DNA of 64,000 bases from an uncultured Candidatus Saccharibacteria bacterium (lineage in GTDB: Bacteria > Patescibacteriota > UBA1384 > JAMDBS01 > CAYSHH01): assembly GCA_964430945.1 (NCBI GenBank), contig CAYSHH010000005.1, forward strand, positions 334 through 64,333. The letters are read 5' to 3'. Positions 19,876 through 29,985 of the stretch are shown here, piece after piece; the first letter of the stretch is position 1, and each line of letters begins with the position of its first letter. The translations under genes and the position numbers were made by a program. Below the pieces are notes generated by a model, which did not search any database, was not told the origin of the DNA, and saw only the letters and a list, made by a program, of their open reading frames with translations.

Positions 19876-19909
19876 AAAAAACAGTCGGCCCCTCCTCCGA
19901 CTGTTTTTT
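19876..19909. terminator. bidirectional terminator
   Basis: AAAAAACAGTCGG-loop-CCGACTGTTTTTT. Confidence 0.8.
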
Positions 19910-19947
19910 ATTGTTAAAAATAATAATCGGTTAGATTAATTATTTTT

Positions 19948-20694
19948 TTACTCACCAATGAATTTCATTAAGTACATAACAAGTATTCCAACGATAAAAA
20001 ATCCAAATGCATACAACGATTTGGTAAGTGATTTCTCTTTACGAATTTCTGGCAGCAAGTCCGATGCCGCAATGTAAATAAAGCCTCCAGCTGCAATTGG
20101 TAAAAGATAAAGCTCAGCATCATATGATGTCGAAGCGATATAGTATCCAACGATGCCACCGACAACTGCAAAAAGTGCAGTTACAAAATTCCAAAAAATA
20201 GCTTTTGTGCGAGTATATCCAGCATGCAAAAGTACACCAAAATCACCTATTTCTTGTGGAATCTCATGAAGCGCAACAGCCAAAGTAGTGCTTATGCCAA
20301 GTGCGGGATTAACAACGAATGAAGCTGCAATAATGAGACCATCGATCAGATTGTGAACTGAATCGCCGATAAGATTCATTGTGCCAAATGTATGAACTTC
20401 GCAATGTTCTTTATGACAATGTCTCCAATGAAGAATTTTTTCAATGAGAAAAAATAAAACAAAAGATACTAGCACCCACGAAAGAACATTGATGTTTGTT
20501 CCCGCTGACTTTTCTATTGCCTCTGGTAAAAGATGAAGAAATGCTCCACCCATAAGTGCACCGGAAGAAAGTCCGACAAGACTAAGTAAAATCTTTTGGA
20601 TAAACTTGTCTTTGAGAGATAGGGTTAAAATTCCGATAAGCGAAATAATGCTAATAAGAAAATTAGCAATAATTATTTGAAATAATATAGTCAT
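19948..20694 (-). CDS. ZIP family metal transporter
   Basis: HLLPEA, His/Cys-rich loop, HNLIDG, HEIPQEIGD. Confidence 0.92.
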   Translation of the reverse strand: MTILFQIIIANFLISIISLIGILTLSLKDKFIQKILLSLVGLSSGALMGGAFLHLLPEAIEKSAGTNINVLSWVLVSFVLFFLIEKILHWRHCHKEHCEVHTFGTMNLIGDSVHNLIDGLIIAASFVVNPALGISTTLAVALHEIPQEIGDFGVLLHAGYTRTKAIFWNFVTALFAVVGGIVGYYIASTSYDAELYLLPIAAGGFIYIAASDLLPEIRKEKSLTKSLYAFGFFIVGILVMYLMKFIGE

Positions 20695-21275
20695 AATAAA
20701 TTTTTAATTATTTTAAAATCTGTTTTTAGCTCTGGAAGCATATTAACATTATAAGTCGCTACTGCTGGGTGGTAAAGAGGTATGACAACTATTTCCCCAT
20801 GAGGCGCTTGCGCCATATATGATTTACCGTGTATTTTGGAAATGCCTTCGATCTTATCGAGTAAATCAAATTTTTCCATTATGTAGTAGGCAGCAAATCT
20901 TCCTAGAGGACAAACAATTTTTGGTTTAATGATATCTATTTGTTGATCAAGATATGGCACACAAGCAGAAATTTCTTCTGGTCTCGGGTCACGATTCCCT
21001 GGTGGACGATGTTTCACGATATTGGCAATATACACGTCTTCTCGTTTGATGTTAACACTATTTAATAATTCGTTTAGGATATTCCCTGCTCTACCACAGA
21101 AAGGTACTCCTGTTTTATCTTCATTAGCCCCAGGACCTTCTCCAACAAACATAATATCTGCTTCGTGGCTTCCTTGTCCAATGACTGGCATAATAGCTTT
21201 TTTATATAAAACACATTTCTTGCATCGAGCCACTTTATCACGAATCTGCTTCATTTGTTTATAATGTTTTTCCAT
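20691..21275 (-). CDS. uracil-DNA glycosylase family 4
   Basis: CxxC, GEGPG, PFCGRAG, KHRPPGNRDP, YHPA. Confidence 0.92.
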   Translation of the reverse strand: MEKHYKQMKQIRDKVARCKKCVLYKKAIMPVIGQGSHEADIMFVGEGPGANEDKTGVPFCGRAGNILNELLNSVNIKREDVYIANIVKHRPPGNRDPRPEEISACVPYLDQQIDIIKPKIVCPLGRFAAYYIMEKFDLLDKIEGISKIHGKSYMAQAPHGEIVVIPLYHPAVATYNVNMLPELKTDFKIIKNLL

Positions 21276-21477
21276 ACTGATATTATAACGAACGTATAAT
21301 GATTTTACTAATTTTGTAAATAGTAATATAATGGTAAATAGGTTGTGGAAAAAGGAGGGCACATGATAAATCCTAGTAGTGATATTTTAGAGCCAACTCT
21401 AAAATAATATTTAGAGAATTTACGAAATAAACGTATAAAGCTGATTTTATGAACAATAACCAGTGATGGTTATTTTT

Positions 21478-22401
21478 TTATTGTTTCTTTCTTCTCCCAT
21501 GAAATGCTCTGTGTACATCACGAAGATGTTCATCAGTCACGTGAGTATATATTTGAGTGGTAGTGATTGAAGAATGTCCTAATAATTTCTGTACGGCCCT
21601 TAAATCTGCGCCAGAACGCAAAAGGTCAGTTCCGAAAGTATGCCTTAGCACGTGTGGAGTAACTTTTTTAGTGATTCCTGCTTGTAAAGAGTACTTCTTA
21701 ATCAGCCTCTGGATAGATCTTGGGGAAAGTCTTTCGGAATTTCTTCTAGTTATCAAGCTATGGTTGATAAATAGCGCTTTATTACTATCATCTCTTTTAG
21801 AGAGATAATCTCTAATTGTTTTTTTAGCACTGGGCGACAGAAAGACAATTCTGGTCTTACCACCCTTACCAACAATCGAAAATTCACCGCGTGTAAGATT
21901 TACTTTTTCTTTATCTAATCCTACCAACTCTGAAACACGTAATCCAGTAGAAAATAGCGTTTCTAGAATTGCTTTATCGCGAAGGCCAGTTACTTTGTTT
22001 AGATCTGGAACATCGAGCAATTTATCAAGCTCTTCTTCTTCAAGAAAATTAATTTCACGCGATTCTTCTTTCCCGAGTTCTATTTTTTCTGAAGCAAGAG
22101 AATTAATATTGTTTTTTGATAGATATTTAAGAAATGCACGAATGGCGATCACATGATAGTTTTGAGTTTTTTTCTTAAGACTTGTGTCAAGACGGTTGAG
22201 ATATACTCTATATTTTTTTATCTTGTCTAGCGAAATGTCTTTAGGTGATTTGATATTGTTTTCTTTTCCCCAAATAGAAAATCTATCAAGATAATGTCTG
22301 TAGTTAATAATAGTTTTTGGAGATTGATTTTTCTCGATTTCAGAATATTCCAAAAAATCTTCAATGCTTTGATCTAATTTTGTACGATTATGTTTAGTCA
22401 T
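21478..22401 (-). CDS. XerC/XerD-type tyrosine recombinase
   Basis: TGLRVSEL, GKGGKTR, HVLRH, LGH..TTQIY. Confidence 0.92.
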   Translation of the reverse strand: MTKHNRTKLDQSIEDFLEYSEIEKNQSPKTIINYRHYLDRFSIWGKENNIKSPKDISLDKIKKYRVYLNRLDTSLKKKTQNYHVIAIRAFLKYLSKNNINSLASEKIELGKEESREINFLEEEELDKLLDVPDLNKVTGLRDKAILETLFSTGLRVSELVGLDKEKVNLTRGEFSIVGKGGKTRIVFLSPSAKKTIRDYLSKRDDSNKALFINHSLITRRNSERLSPRSIQRLIKKYSLQAGITKKVTPHVLRHTFGTDLLRSGADLRAVQKLLGHSSITTTQIYTHVTDEHLRDVHRAFHGRRKKQ

Positions 22402-22478
22402 ATTTATATTGTACGACATATTTTGAAAATTGTGAATTTCTTTTATTTTCACTCCTTGTGTGTTAGAATTTGTATAAA

Positions 22479-23069
22479 ATGATAAACAACTTATTACAAT
22501 TCGATCAGTCTTTTTTTTATTGGTTTAATAACCTACAAGGTCAAAATTATTTTGTAGATTCTATTACCCATATTTTGGCTGAATATGTAATATACATTAT
22601 TCCTCTGCTACTTTTGGTTTGTTGGTTTATTTATAAGACTGATAAAAACCGTATTGATATGCTGAAGGCAACTATTGTGAGTGTAATTATATGGCAGATA
22701 CCAACGCGAATTATTGCTTGGATATGGTATAGACCACGTCCATACATTGAACTTGGTGGGACAAAAGAACTATTTTTTCATGTACCAAGCTATTCTTTTC
22801 CTTCAGACCACGCTACTTTTTTGGCAGCAATTTCAATGTATTTTTACTTGTTGGGATATAAAAAAGTTGGAACAATTGGCTTTGTTGTAACATTTTTAGT
22901 AAGTATTTCTCGAATAATTGCAGGCCTTCATTATCCAGGAGACGTACTGTTTGGATGGATTCTGGGTATAGGAGGCGCGTGGATAATATTTATAATTTTT
23001 GATAAATATGTTGAAAAATATATCGCTAAACCAATATTCAAAATGGCTAAATTCATTAAGCTAACGTAA
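22479..23069 (+). CDS. PAP2-family phosphatase (undecaprenyl-diphosphatase-like)
   Basis: RPRP, SFPSDH, SRIIAGLHYPGD. Confidence 0.88.
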   Translation: MINNLLQFDQSFFYWFNNLQGQNYFVDSITHILAEYVIYIIPLLLLVCWFIYKTDKNRIDMLKATIVSVIIWQIPTRIIAWIWYRPRPYIELGGTKELFFHVPSYSFPSDHATFLAAISMYFYLLGYKKVGTIGFVVTFLVSISRIIAGLHYPGDVLFGWILGIGGAWIIFIIFDKYVEKYIAKPIFKMAKFIKLT

Positions 23070-23076
23070 GAAAAAA

Positions 23077-23547
23077 ATGAATACAATATTTTATACAATT
23101 TTACTTGCAGCAGCTCCCATATCAGAGCTTCGTGGCGCAATTCCTTATGCGATAAGCCAAGGAATAACGTGGCAGAGCGCATTTTTCTGGGGTGTTATTG
23201 GAAACATGATTCCCGTATTTTTTATACTTTGGCTCTTAGATCCTGTATCAAAATGGCTTAGCAAAAATTTCAAAATATTTGACAAGTTTTTTAAATGGCT
23301 TTTCCATTATACCCGTTCAAAACATGCAAGCAAGATTGAGAAATATCAGGAGCTTGCTCTAATAGTTTTAGTGGCCATACCTCTTCCGATGACTGGGGCA
23401 TGGACTGGAAGCCTGGTAGCGTTTCTTTTCGGTTTGTCATATAAAAAATCCCTTCCTCTTATTTTTATTGGAGTGTTAATCGCCGGTGCGATAGTTACTC
23501 TAGTAAGTATGGGGGCACTAAATATCGGTATCTTTGTCAAACATTAG
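23077..23547 (+). CDS. small multidrug export family protein (COG2426)
   Basis: PISELRGAIP, VAIPLPMTGAWTG. Confidence 0.88.
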   Translation: MNTIFYTILLAAAPISELRGAIPYAISQGITWQSAFFWGVIGNMIPVFFILWLLDPVSKWLSKNFKIFDKFFKWLFHYTRSKHASKIEKYQELALIVLVAIPLPMTGAWTGSLVAFLFGLSYKKSLPLIFIGVLIAGAIVTLVSMGALNIGIFVKH

Positions 23548-23677
23548 TAGTTAGTCATAAAGGCAAATAACTAATTAAATATCAAATAGAAACAAATCAA
23601 TCTTCATGATCTGACTATCTACAGTCGGAATTGTAGTAATTGATGCACAAGATCTATGAAAGGATAACCCTTAAATA

Positions 23678-24940
23678 ATGATAAACTATCAAAAGAAAAA
23701 ACTAAAGAATGGTCTTAGAGTAATCTACGTACCAATAAAACAAATAAATGCAGTAACTTGCCTTTTTTTGGTAAATTCTGGTTCGCGTTATGAAACAAAA
23801 CAAGAAAATGGGATATCCCATTTTTTAGAACATATGTTTTTTAAAGGCACAAAAAAACGTCCAAATACACAAAAAATTGCACACGAACTTGATTCTATTG
23901 GCGCAAGTTACAATGCATTTACCGCTGAAGAATATACGGGATTCTATATAAAATGTGCAAAAACAAAGATAAGTATATCCTTGGATATTTTGGCGGATAT
24001 GCTTTCAAATTCACTATTTGTAAAGGAAGAAATTGAGAAGGAAAAAGGCGTAATAGTCGAGGAAATCAATATGTACGAAGATCTACCTCAAAAACAAATT
24101 TCCGATATAACTAAATATCATCTTTACGGAAATACCCCACTAGGTAGAAGTACCCTTGGTACAAAAAAAATTGTAAAATCATTTGACAGAAATAATTTTA
24201 CAAACTACTTGCAAGATCACTATACTTCAGCAAATTCCATATTGGTTATTGCTGGATCATACGATGATAAAAAAACCAAAAAATTAGTCAACGAATTATT
24301 CTCTGGTTTTAATAAAAATAAGTCTCCAAAGTATGAAACTGCACGCAAAATACCTGATGAAAAATCAGTATGTTTAAAATATAAAAAAACCGACCAAGCG
24401 CATATTACTTTGAGTCAACCAGCTTTTTCTAGACATGACAAAAACAGGTATGTATTGAAAATTATTGATAATATTTTAGGTGAAACTATGAGTTCGCGTC
24501 TTTTTACCGAGGTAAGAGAGAAAAGAGGCCTTGCTTATTATGTAGGGTCGGATACGTGGTATTTTGATGATACTGGCTCGGTGGTTTCCTATGCTGGGGT
24601 GGATCCCAGTAGAATTGAAGAGGCTATTAAAGTCATTGGGGAACAATTGTCCAAGTTGACTCAAAATTCAATAACTCCACAAGAAATTAAGAAAGCCAAG
24701 GACAATATAGAAGGCCGAATGTATTTAGGCCTTGAAGATTCATTCTCAGTAGCTGAGTTTTTTGCAGAACAAGAACTTCTATTTGGTGAGATAAAAACAC
24801 CGACAGAAATTATTAATAATATTAAGAAAATTGATGCTGACGCAATAGATAAAATTGGAAATGATATCTTCAAGAAAAAAATTAAACTATCAATTATTGG
24901 TCCATACAAGAATAAAGACAAATTTTTGAAATTAATATAG
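23678..24940 (+). CDS. M16 family zinc peptidase
   Basis: HFLEH (HxxEH), NAFT, SRLFTEVREKRGLAY. Confidence 0.93.
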   Translation: MINYQKKKLKNGLRVIYVPIKQINAVTCLFLVNSGSRYETKQENGISHFLEHMFFKGTKKRPNTQKIAHELDSIGASYNAFTAEEYTGFYIKCAKTKISISLDILADMLSNSLFVKEEIEKEKGVIVEEINMYEDLPQKQISDITKYHLYGNTPLGRSTLGTKKIVKSFDRNNFTNYLQDHYTSANSILVIAGSYDDKKTKKLVNELFSGFNKNKSPKYETARKIPDEKSVCLKYKKTDQAHITLSQPAFSRHDKNRYVLKIIDNILGETMSSRLFTEVREKRGLAYYVGSDTWYFDDTGSVVSYAGVDPSRIEEAIKVIGEQLSKLTQNSITPQEIKKAKDNIEGRMYLGLEDSFSVAEFFAEQELLFGEIKTPTEIINNIKKIDADAIDKIGNDIFKKKIKLSIIGPYKNKDKFLKLI

Positions 24941-24950
24941 AAAGGCTTAT

Positions 24951-25541
24951 ATGAAATACGAACGTACAGTGATTGCAATTAAACCAGATGGCGTACAAAG
25001 AGGACTTATTGGTGAAATAATATCACGCTTTGAAAAGGCTGGTATGAAATTGGTGGCTGCGAAACTTATTGCACCAACCAAAAAACAAGTGCACGAACAT
25101 TATTATTCGGAAGAGTGGCTTATTTCTACAGGTACAAAAACTATTGAAAGCTATGCTAAAAAAGGAGTAAAAATTAAGAAGACTCCTAAAGAAGTTGGAA
25201 AAATAACATTAAGCAATCTTACAAACTATTTATCTGACAGACCTATTATGTTTATGATTTGGGAAGGCCCTGGGGTTGTAGAAATAGGTAGAAAAATTAT
25301 AGGCCATACTGCACCAGAGCTAGCAGATGTTGGTTCAATAAGAGGTGATTATTCGCTTGAATCATATGATATGGCAGATGAGCTAGAACGATCAATTTAT
25401 AATCTTACTCATGCCTCAGGATCTATTGAAGACGCAGAAAAAGAGATGAAGCTTTGGTTTAGTAAGGATGAAATTCTAGAATATGATTTATTTATTGAAG
25501 AGCTGATACATAATAAAAATTGGGGAAAAATAAAAAAATAA
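24951..25541 (+). CDS. ndk: nucleoside diphosphate kinase
   Basis: ERTVIAIKPDGVQRGLIGEII, GSIRGD, NLTHAS. Confidence 0.93.
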   Translation: MKYERTVIAIKPDGVQRGLIGEIISRFEKAGMKLVAAKLIAPTKKQVHEHYYSEEWLISTGTKTIESYAKKGVKIKKTPKEVGKITLSNLTNYLSDRPIMFMIWEGPGVVEIGRKIIGHTAPELADVGSIRGDYSLESYDMADELERSIYNLTHASGSIEDAEKEMKLWFSKDEILEYDLFIEELIHNKNWGKIKK

Positions 25542-25586
25542 GTTATTGGTCTAAAGCGCCAATAAGTAATTGCTAATTTATAAAAT

Positions 25587-26645
25587 ATGAATTACATAAT
25601 TGTTTTTACAGTTTCACTGTTTGTTTCTTTACTAGTCACAAAGTTAGTAAAAGATTATGCAATTAAAAATAAAGTTGCTCTTGCGATACCTCGAACTAGA
25701 GACGTACACAAAAAACCAATATCCCGTATCGGCGGGGTAGCAATATTCATATCTTTCTGGATAATTGTTATAGGAATTCTGATATTAAATCTGGATAATC
25801 TTCATTTTATTGAGAATAAAATTGTAGGCATCGATAAAAATTTATTTGGTCTTTTTGTAGCAAGTTTAATCTGGTTTATTGCTGGAATTATAGATGATAC
25901 TCGAGGACTCAAGCCCTGGATCAAACTTTTAGTTCAATTACTTTGCGGGATACTGATCGTAAGTTTTGGCATACAAATATGGTGGTTATCAAACCCGCTT
26001 GGTGGACTAGATATCACGCTTGGTGGTTGGACATACGTTATCGTACCACTTTGGATATTGCTCCTAATGAATGTAATAAACTGGTTTGATGGCGTCGACG
26101 GACTAGCGCCGAGTGTGTCAATAATCACATTAGTAGTTCTCTTCCTACTGGCAATAGATCCAGGGGTAAATCAACCTGCCACTGCACTACTTTGCGTAAT
26201 ACTTGCCGGTGTTGTAACTGGGTTCATACCATCGAATTGGAATCCAGCAAAAATATTCCTGGGTGACACGGGTAGTGGTTTTTTGGGACTAATGCTCGCT
26301 ACTTTTGCGATTATTTCTGGGGCAAAATTAGCTACCGCGTTTTTAGTACTTGGTATTCCAATCATGGACGCCTTAATCGTTATATTCGGTCGGATTAAAC
26401 ATAAGAAATCAGTATTTTCGGCTGACAAAAGTCATCTCCATCATAGATTTCTAGAAGCTGGATTTAGCGTGAAACAAACTGTTATATTTCTATCGGTTGT
26501 ATCAATCCTTTTTGGTATTATTGCTTTGAGGTCACAAACAGAGGGAAAATTTCAAGCCATTTTGTGGCTTGTAGCACTTATGGGTATAATATTATTAGCA
26601 CTTAGTTTTATCAAAAAAAGAAAGATGAAAAATGAACAAAGATAA
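25587..26645 (+). CDS. WecA/TagO-type undecaprenyl-phosphate GlcNAc-1-phosphate transferase
   Basis: GIIDD, NWFDGVDGL, IFLGDTG, ADKSHLHH. Confidence 0.9.
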   Translation: MNYIIVFTVSLFVSLLVTKLVKDYAIKNKVALAIPRTRDVHKKPISRIGGVAIFISFWIIVIGILILNLDNLHFIENKIVGIDKNLFGLFVASLIWFIAGIIDDTRGLKPWIKLLVQLLCGILIVSFGIQIWWLSNPLGGLDITLGGWTYVIVPLWILLLMNVINWFDGVDGLAPSVSIITLVVLFLLAIDPGVNQPATALLCVILAGVVTGFIPSNWNPAKIFLGDTGSGFLGLMLATFAIISGAKLATAFLVLGIPIMDALIVIFGRIKHKKSVFSADKSHLHHRFLEAGFSVKQTVIFLSVVSILFGIIALRSQTEGKFQAILWLVALMGIILLALSFIKKRKMKNEQR

Positions 26646-26724
26646 TAAATTTGCGAAAATAGTAATCTATATCATAATTAGCATGTTTATATTTGGCATG
26701 TTGATAGCTCCATTTCTAAGATAA
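26632..26724 (+). CDS. 30-aa single-TM peptide
   Basis: Manual: MNKDNKFAKIVIYIIISMFIFGMLIAPFLR; fills the gap between operon genes exactly. Confidence 0.5.
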   Translation: MNKDNKFAKIVIYIIISMFIFGMLIAPFLR

Positions 26725-26725
26725 A

Positions 26726-27301
26726 ATGAAAAAAGAAAATCAATCTATTGAAAATCTAGAAGAATTTGAGAACGAAGAAGTTGCCTTGGTAATAAAACAA
26801 AGCCCAAGTTTTTTTGGACGAGTCTTCATAATGGTCTTGTTGGCGATAATAATAATTTTTGCTTGTTTTTATTTTTGGGGTGCTAGCGCGGTCACTTCAT
26901 ATGCTATAATTATCGCGATGGCAATCATCGGATATTATTTTGCATACTATTATTATCTGTGGTCACACACCATGTATATACTGACAAATGAAAGGATTGT
27001 TGCTCAAAAACAAACAGGATGGTTTGCAAAGATAATGGATGAGACAAATCTTGACAACATTCGCTTCGTTTCACACTCAGTAAATGGTATCAGTCAACAT
27101 ATATTAAATACTGGAAATGTTTTTATACGAAGTTCAGTAGCCGAAGAAGGTGGGCTTAAAATGGAAAATATAGCTAGTCCCTACGAGATACAAAAAAAGA
27201 TAGTTGCAACTCAAAAAAAATATTCTGGAAAAACAGCTGAGAGTATGAGTGAGAAAGAATTTATAAAAGAGGTAAAAAGAAAAGGACCAGTAATAAGATA
27301 A
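26726..27301 (+). CDS. membrane protein with bacterial PH domain
   Basis: Two TM then YILTNERIV..GWF..LDNI..GNVFI. Confidence 0.75.
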   Translation: MKKENQSIENLEEFENEEVALVIKQSPSFFGRVFIMVLLAIIIIFACFYFWGASAVTSYAIIIAMAIIGYYFAYYYYLWSHTMYILTNERIVAQKQTGWFAKIMDETNLDNIRFVSHSVNGISQHILNTGNVFIRSSVAEEGGLKMENIASPYEIQKKIVATQKKYSGKTAESMSEKEFIKEVKRKGPVIR

Positions 27302-27330
27302 AATTAATAATTAATAATATAAGGAGTTTT

Positions 27331-27888
27331 ATGCAAACACCACAAAATATCGTAAGAGCAATTGCCGGTGAAAGTATGGCAAGAAACAAATACACATTTT
27401 TTGCTTCCAAAGCCAAGAAGGAAGGATATGAGCAGATTTCAGCAATATTTTTGGAAACTGCTGACAATGAAAAAGAGCATGCCAAAAGACTCATGAAGCT
27501 TTTGAAGAAAAACACTGATTCATCACTAGAAAAATTTGATTTTCCGATAGTGAAAAATACTTATGAAAATCTTTTAGCTGCAGCCGCAGGTGAGAAATAT
27601 GAGCACACTGTTATGTATCCAAAATTCGCTAAAATTGCTAAAAAAGAAGGCCTCAAAGAAGCTGAAAAAGTATTTACTGAAATTTCTGAAGTTGAGGAAA
27701 ATCATGAGGCAAGATATATGAAACTGGCTAAAAATTTAAAAGAAGGTAAAATATTTAAAAGCGATAAAGAAGTTTATTGGAAATGTAGAAATTGCGGATA
27801 TATTCACAAGGGAAAAACTGCCCCAAAAATTTGCCCGGCGTGTGCTCATCCTCAAGCATATTATGAGCTAAATTGTAAAAATTATTAG
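27331..27888 (+). CDS. rbr: rubrerythrin
   Basis: GESMARNKY, ExxH pairs, C-terminal CRNCG..CPAC. Confidence 0.93.
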   Translation: MQTPQNIVRAIAGESMARNKYTFFASKAKKEGYEQISAIFLETADNEKEHAKRLMKLLKKNTDSSLEKFDFPIVKNTYENLLAAAAGEKYEHTVMYPKFAKIAKKEGLKEAEKVFTEISEVEENHEARYMKLAKNLKEGKIFKSDKEVYWKCRNCGYIHKGKTAPKICPACAHPQAYYELNCKNY

Positions 27889-27916
27889 TATTAACTTGTA
27901 ACAATTTGACAATTTT

Positions 27917-27944
27917 AAAACGGGACATATAGTCCCGTTTTTTT
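27917..27944 (+). terminator. rho-independent terminator
   Basis: AAAACGGGAC-atata-GTCCCGTTTTTTT. Confidence 0.8.
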
Positions 27945-27950
27945 GCTTGA

Positions 27951-28043
27951 TTATAAATAAGTTGCAATGATCATCCCGACCAATGCCAATATAATGGCGA
28001 CTACGGCAAAAAACAATTCTTTTATATCATTATTAATTTTCAT
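27951..28043 (-). CDS. 30-aa single-TM peptide
   Basis: Manual: MKINNDIKELFFAVVAIILALVGMIIATYL; AAGGGGG RBS. Confidence 0.5.
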   Translation of the reverse strand: MKINNDIKELFFAVVAIILALVGMIIATYL

Positions 28044-28059
28044 TTTTTTAACCCCCTTT

Positions 28060-28455
28060 TTAATAAAATGGCCCAAAACAGTCAAATACTGTTTGCCAGA
28101 AATATTCCAAAAAAGAAGTTTTTTTATTTCTCTTTATAACAGAATGCATCTCCATTGAAAACTCTTTATATGTAAAAAATTTATATCTTGTTTTTTCGGT
28201 ATCAGTGAACGACATACTAAAGTATTTTTCCAATAAGAGATATAATTTGTTCGTATTCACATACTTCCAAATTTCCTCAGGAGTGTCTATTTTTTGGAAA
28301 AGATTACTACTTAGCTTATGTGTATCGATTACTAGATATAGGAACGTTTTTATACTATTGAGTATTTGTACGGTTATTTCTTTTGATCTAAGTATTTCAC
28401 TTTTCAGCGCATTGGCTTCCGAGACAATAATCTCATCTAGCTGAATGTTTTTCAT
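28060..28455 (-). CDS. hypothetical protein
   Basis: 131-aa ORF, AAGGAG RBS, TTGACC-17-TAATAT promoter. Confidence 0.55.
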   Translation of the reverse strand: MKNIQLDEIIVSEANALKSEILRSKEITVQILNSIKTFLYLVIDTHKLSSNLFQKIDTPEEIWKYVNTNKLYLLLEKYFSMSFTDTEKTRYKFFTYKEFSMEMHSVIKRNKKTSFLEYFWQTVFDCFGPFY

Positions 28456-28583
28456 GTCATTCGCTCCTTTTTTTAAAGATCTTATTTGACAAATGATATT
28501 ACCAAATTATCGTTTATTGGTCAACACTCAAAAAATGTAATATTATTAAGAAGGTATTTTAGTACCAAAAAAATTAGCTTGAG

Positions 28584-29039
28584 GTGATGGAAATGATTAC
28601 TAATCAAGAACAAGATGATGTTCTACGGGGAACAATAATTGCTGTTGCGCTAATATTTATTTTTTGTGGTTTCGTCAAGGCAAAAAAGAAATTTGATATC
28701 GGTGATCTCGATGAAGGACTGACGCTAGTCCAAAATGTCGAGATCTATGAGACTGGTGTTTATAGGCTGGCTGATGATAATGACCAGCCGATAGATGGCG
28801 CTGAGGTGATTATGAGAATCAACGATCACCTAAGTAGGAGGTTTATGACTAACAAAGAGGGGGAATATTTTCCCCAAATGTTGCCAGAAGGTAACATTGT
28901 AAAAATAGAAATTAAATTCAAAGGTAAAAAATTTACGACCGAATTCGAAAGACCCAGTGAATCAGCTGGGATCAAGACAATATTACCAATAATAATAAAG
29001 AAAAACACGCAGGCGCTAAACGCGCCTGCATTTAATTAA
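28584..29039 (+). CDS. hypothetical membrane-anchored protein, carboxypeptidase-regulatory-like beta domain
   Basis: TM followed by DDNDQPIDGAEV..TNKEGEY. Confidence 0.55.
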   Translation: MMEMITNQEQDDVLRGTIIAVALIFIFCGFVKAKKKFDIGDLDEGLTLVQNVEIYETGVYRLADDNDQPIDGAEVIMRINDHLSRRFMTNKEGEYFPQMLPEGNIVKIEIKFKGKKFTTEFERPSESAGIKTILPIIIKKNTQALNAPAFN

Positions 29040-29057
29040 CAATTAAAAACTAAAGCT

Positions 29058-29966
29058 TTATTTGAGATACTCACCTACAGAAATTGCGGCTTTCGCAGCA
29101 TCACCGCAAGCGATAATGGCTTGCTTATAAAGTCCATCGGTTACATCACCTGCAGCATATATACCTTCTACGCTAGTAGCCTGGGTTTTTTGATCAACGA
29201 CAATTTCGCCAAATTTATTTTTTTTGATTTCAACTGGTGCAAAATCAGATACAACCTCCCAGCCAATTTCTACAAACACACCCTGAGCGTCCAATGTGTT
29301 CACTTTGTTTGTAAGGCGGTCAATATATACGAGTGAATCAAGACTATCCTTACCTTTTATTTCTTTTACTTGAGCATTGGTGATCAATGTGACGTTGGGA
29401 TTTTTTCTAAGAATTTCTTGCGTCTTTAAGTCTCCTTTCATAGATTCTAGATATTCCAAAACATATATTTTCTCGGCATACTTAGTTAACTCCACAGCTG
29501 CATCAAGTCCCGAATTTCCTCCACCGATTACCACGACATCTTTATTGCGAAACATCGCTGCGTCACAAGTTGCACAATAGGCGACACCTTTTCCTAAAAA
29601 TTTGTCTTCCCCTGTCACTCCGAGCTTGCGGGGTTTTTTACCTGAAGCAATAATCACAGATTTAGAATTGTATTTATTTTTATCAGTAATAATTTCAAAA
29701 TTTTTATCTGATTTTTTATTGATTGATTGGACTTCTTCCCCTTCATTGATTTGTGCACCTAAAGATTCTGATTGCTCGCGCATTTTCATAATAAGCTCAA
29801 CCCCAAGAATTTTTTTGTATCCTGGATAGTTTTCAATCTCCGATGCCATAGCAGTCTGACCACCAAATTTTTTAGTAAGAATAAGTGTTTTTAACATTTT
29901 TCTGGCTGTATAGATGGCCCCTGAAAAAGTAGCTGACCCGCCACCGATAATAATTACATCGTACAT
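29058..29966 (-). CDS. trxB: thioredoxin reductase
   Basis: YDVIIIGGG, CATCD, GGGNSG, AAGDVT. Confidence 0.9.
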   Translation of the reverse strand: MYDVIIIGGGSATFSGAIYTARKMLKTLILTKKFGGQTAMASEIENYPGYKKILGVELIMKMREQSESLGAQINEGEEVQSINKKSDKNFEIITDKNKYNSKSVIIASGKKPRKLGVTGEDKFLGKGVAYCATCDAAMFRNKDVVVIGGGNSGLDAAVELTKYAEKIYVLEYLESMKGDLKTQEILRKNPNVTLITNAQVKEIKGKDSLDSLVYIDRLTNKVNTLDAQGVFVEIGWEVVSDFAPVEIKKNKFGEIVVDQKTQATSVEGIYAAGDVTDGLYKQAIIACGDAAKAAISVGEYLK

Positions 29967-29985
29967 ATCGTCCTCACTAATCTAA

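Noticed and set aside
21344-21352. DnaA-box-like TTTTCCACA (also near 49360) as a replication origin
   Set aside because: Isolated boxes, no cluster and no dnaA/dnaN context
8230-21373. Shared 12-mer CATGATAAATCC at the tRNA 5' edge and near 21362 as att sites
   Set aside because: Short AT-rich match at the wrong end of the tRNA; the interval contains core typA
21478-22401. Tyrosine recombinase as a prophage or integron integrase
   Set aside because: It looks like a housekeeping Xer among core genes, with no IntI-specific insertion, att/attC array or dif site recognised nearby
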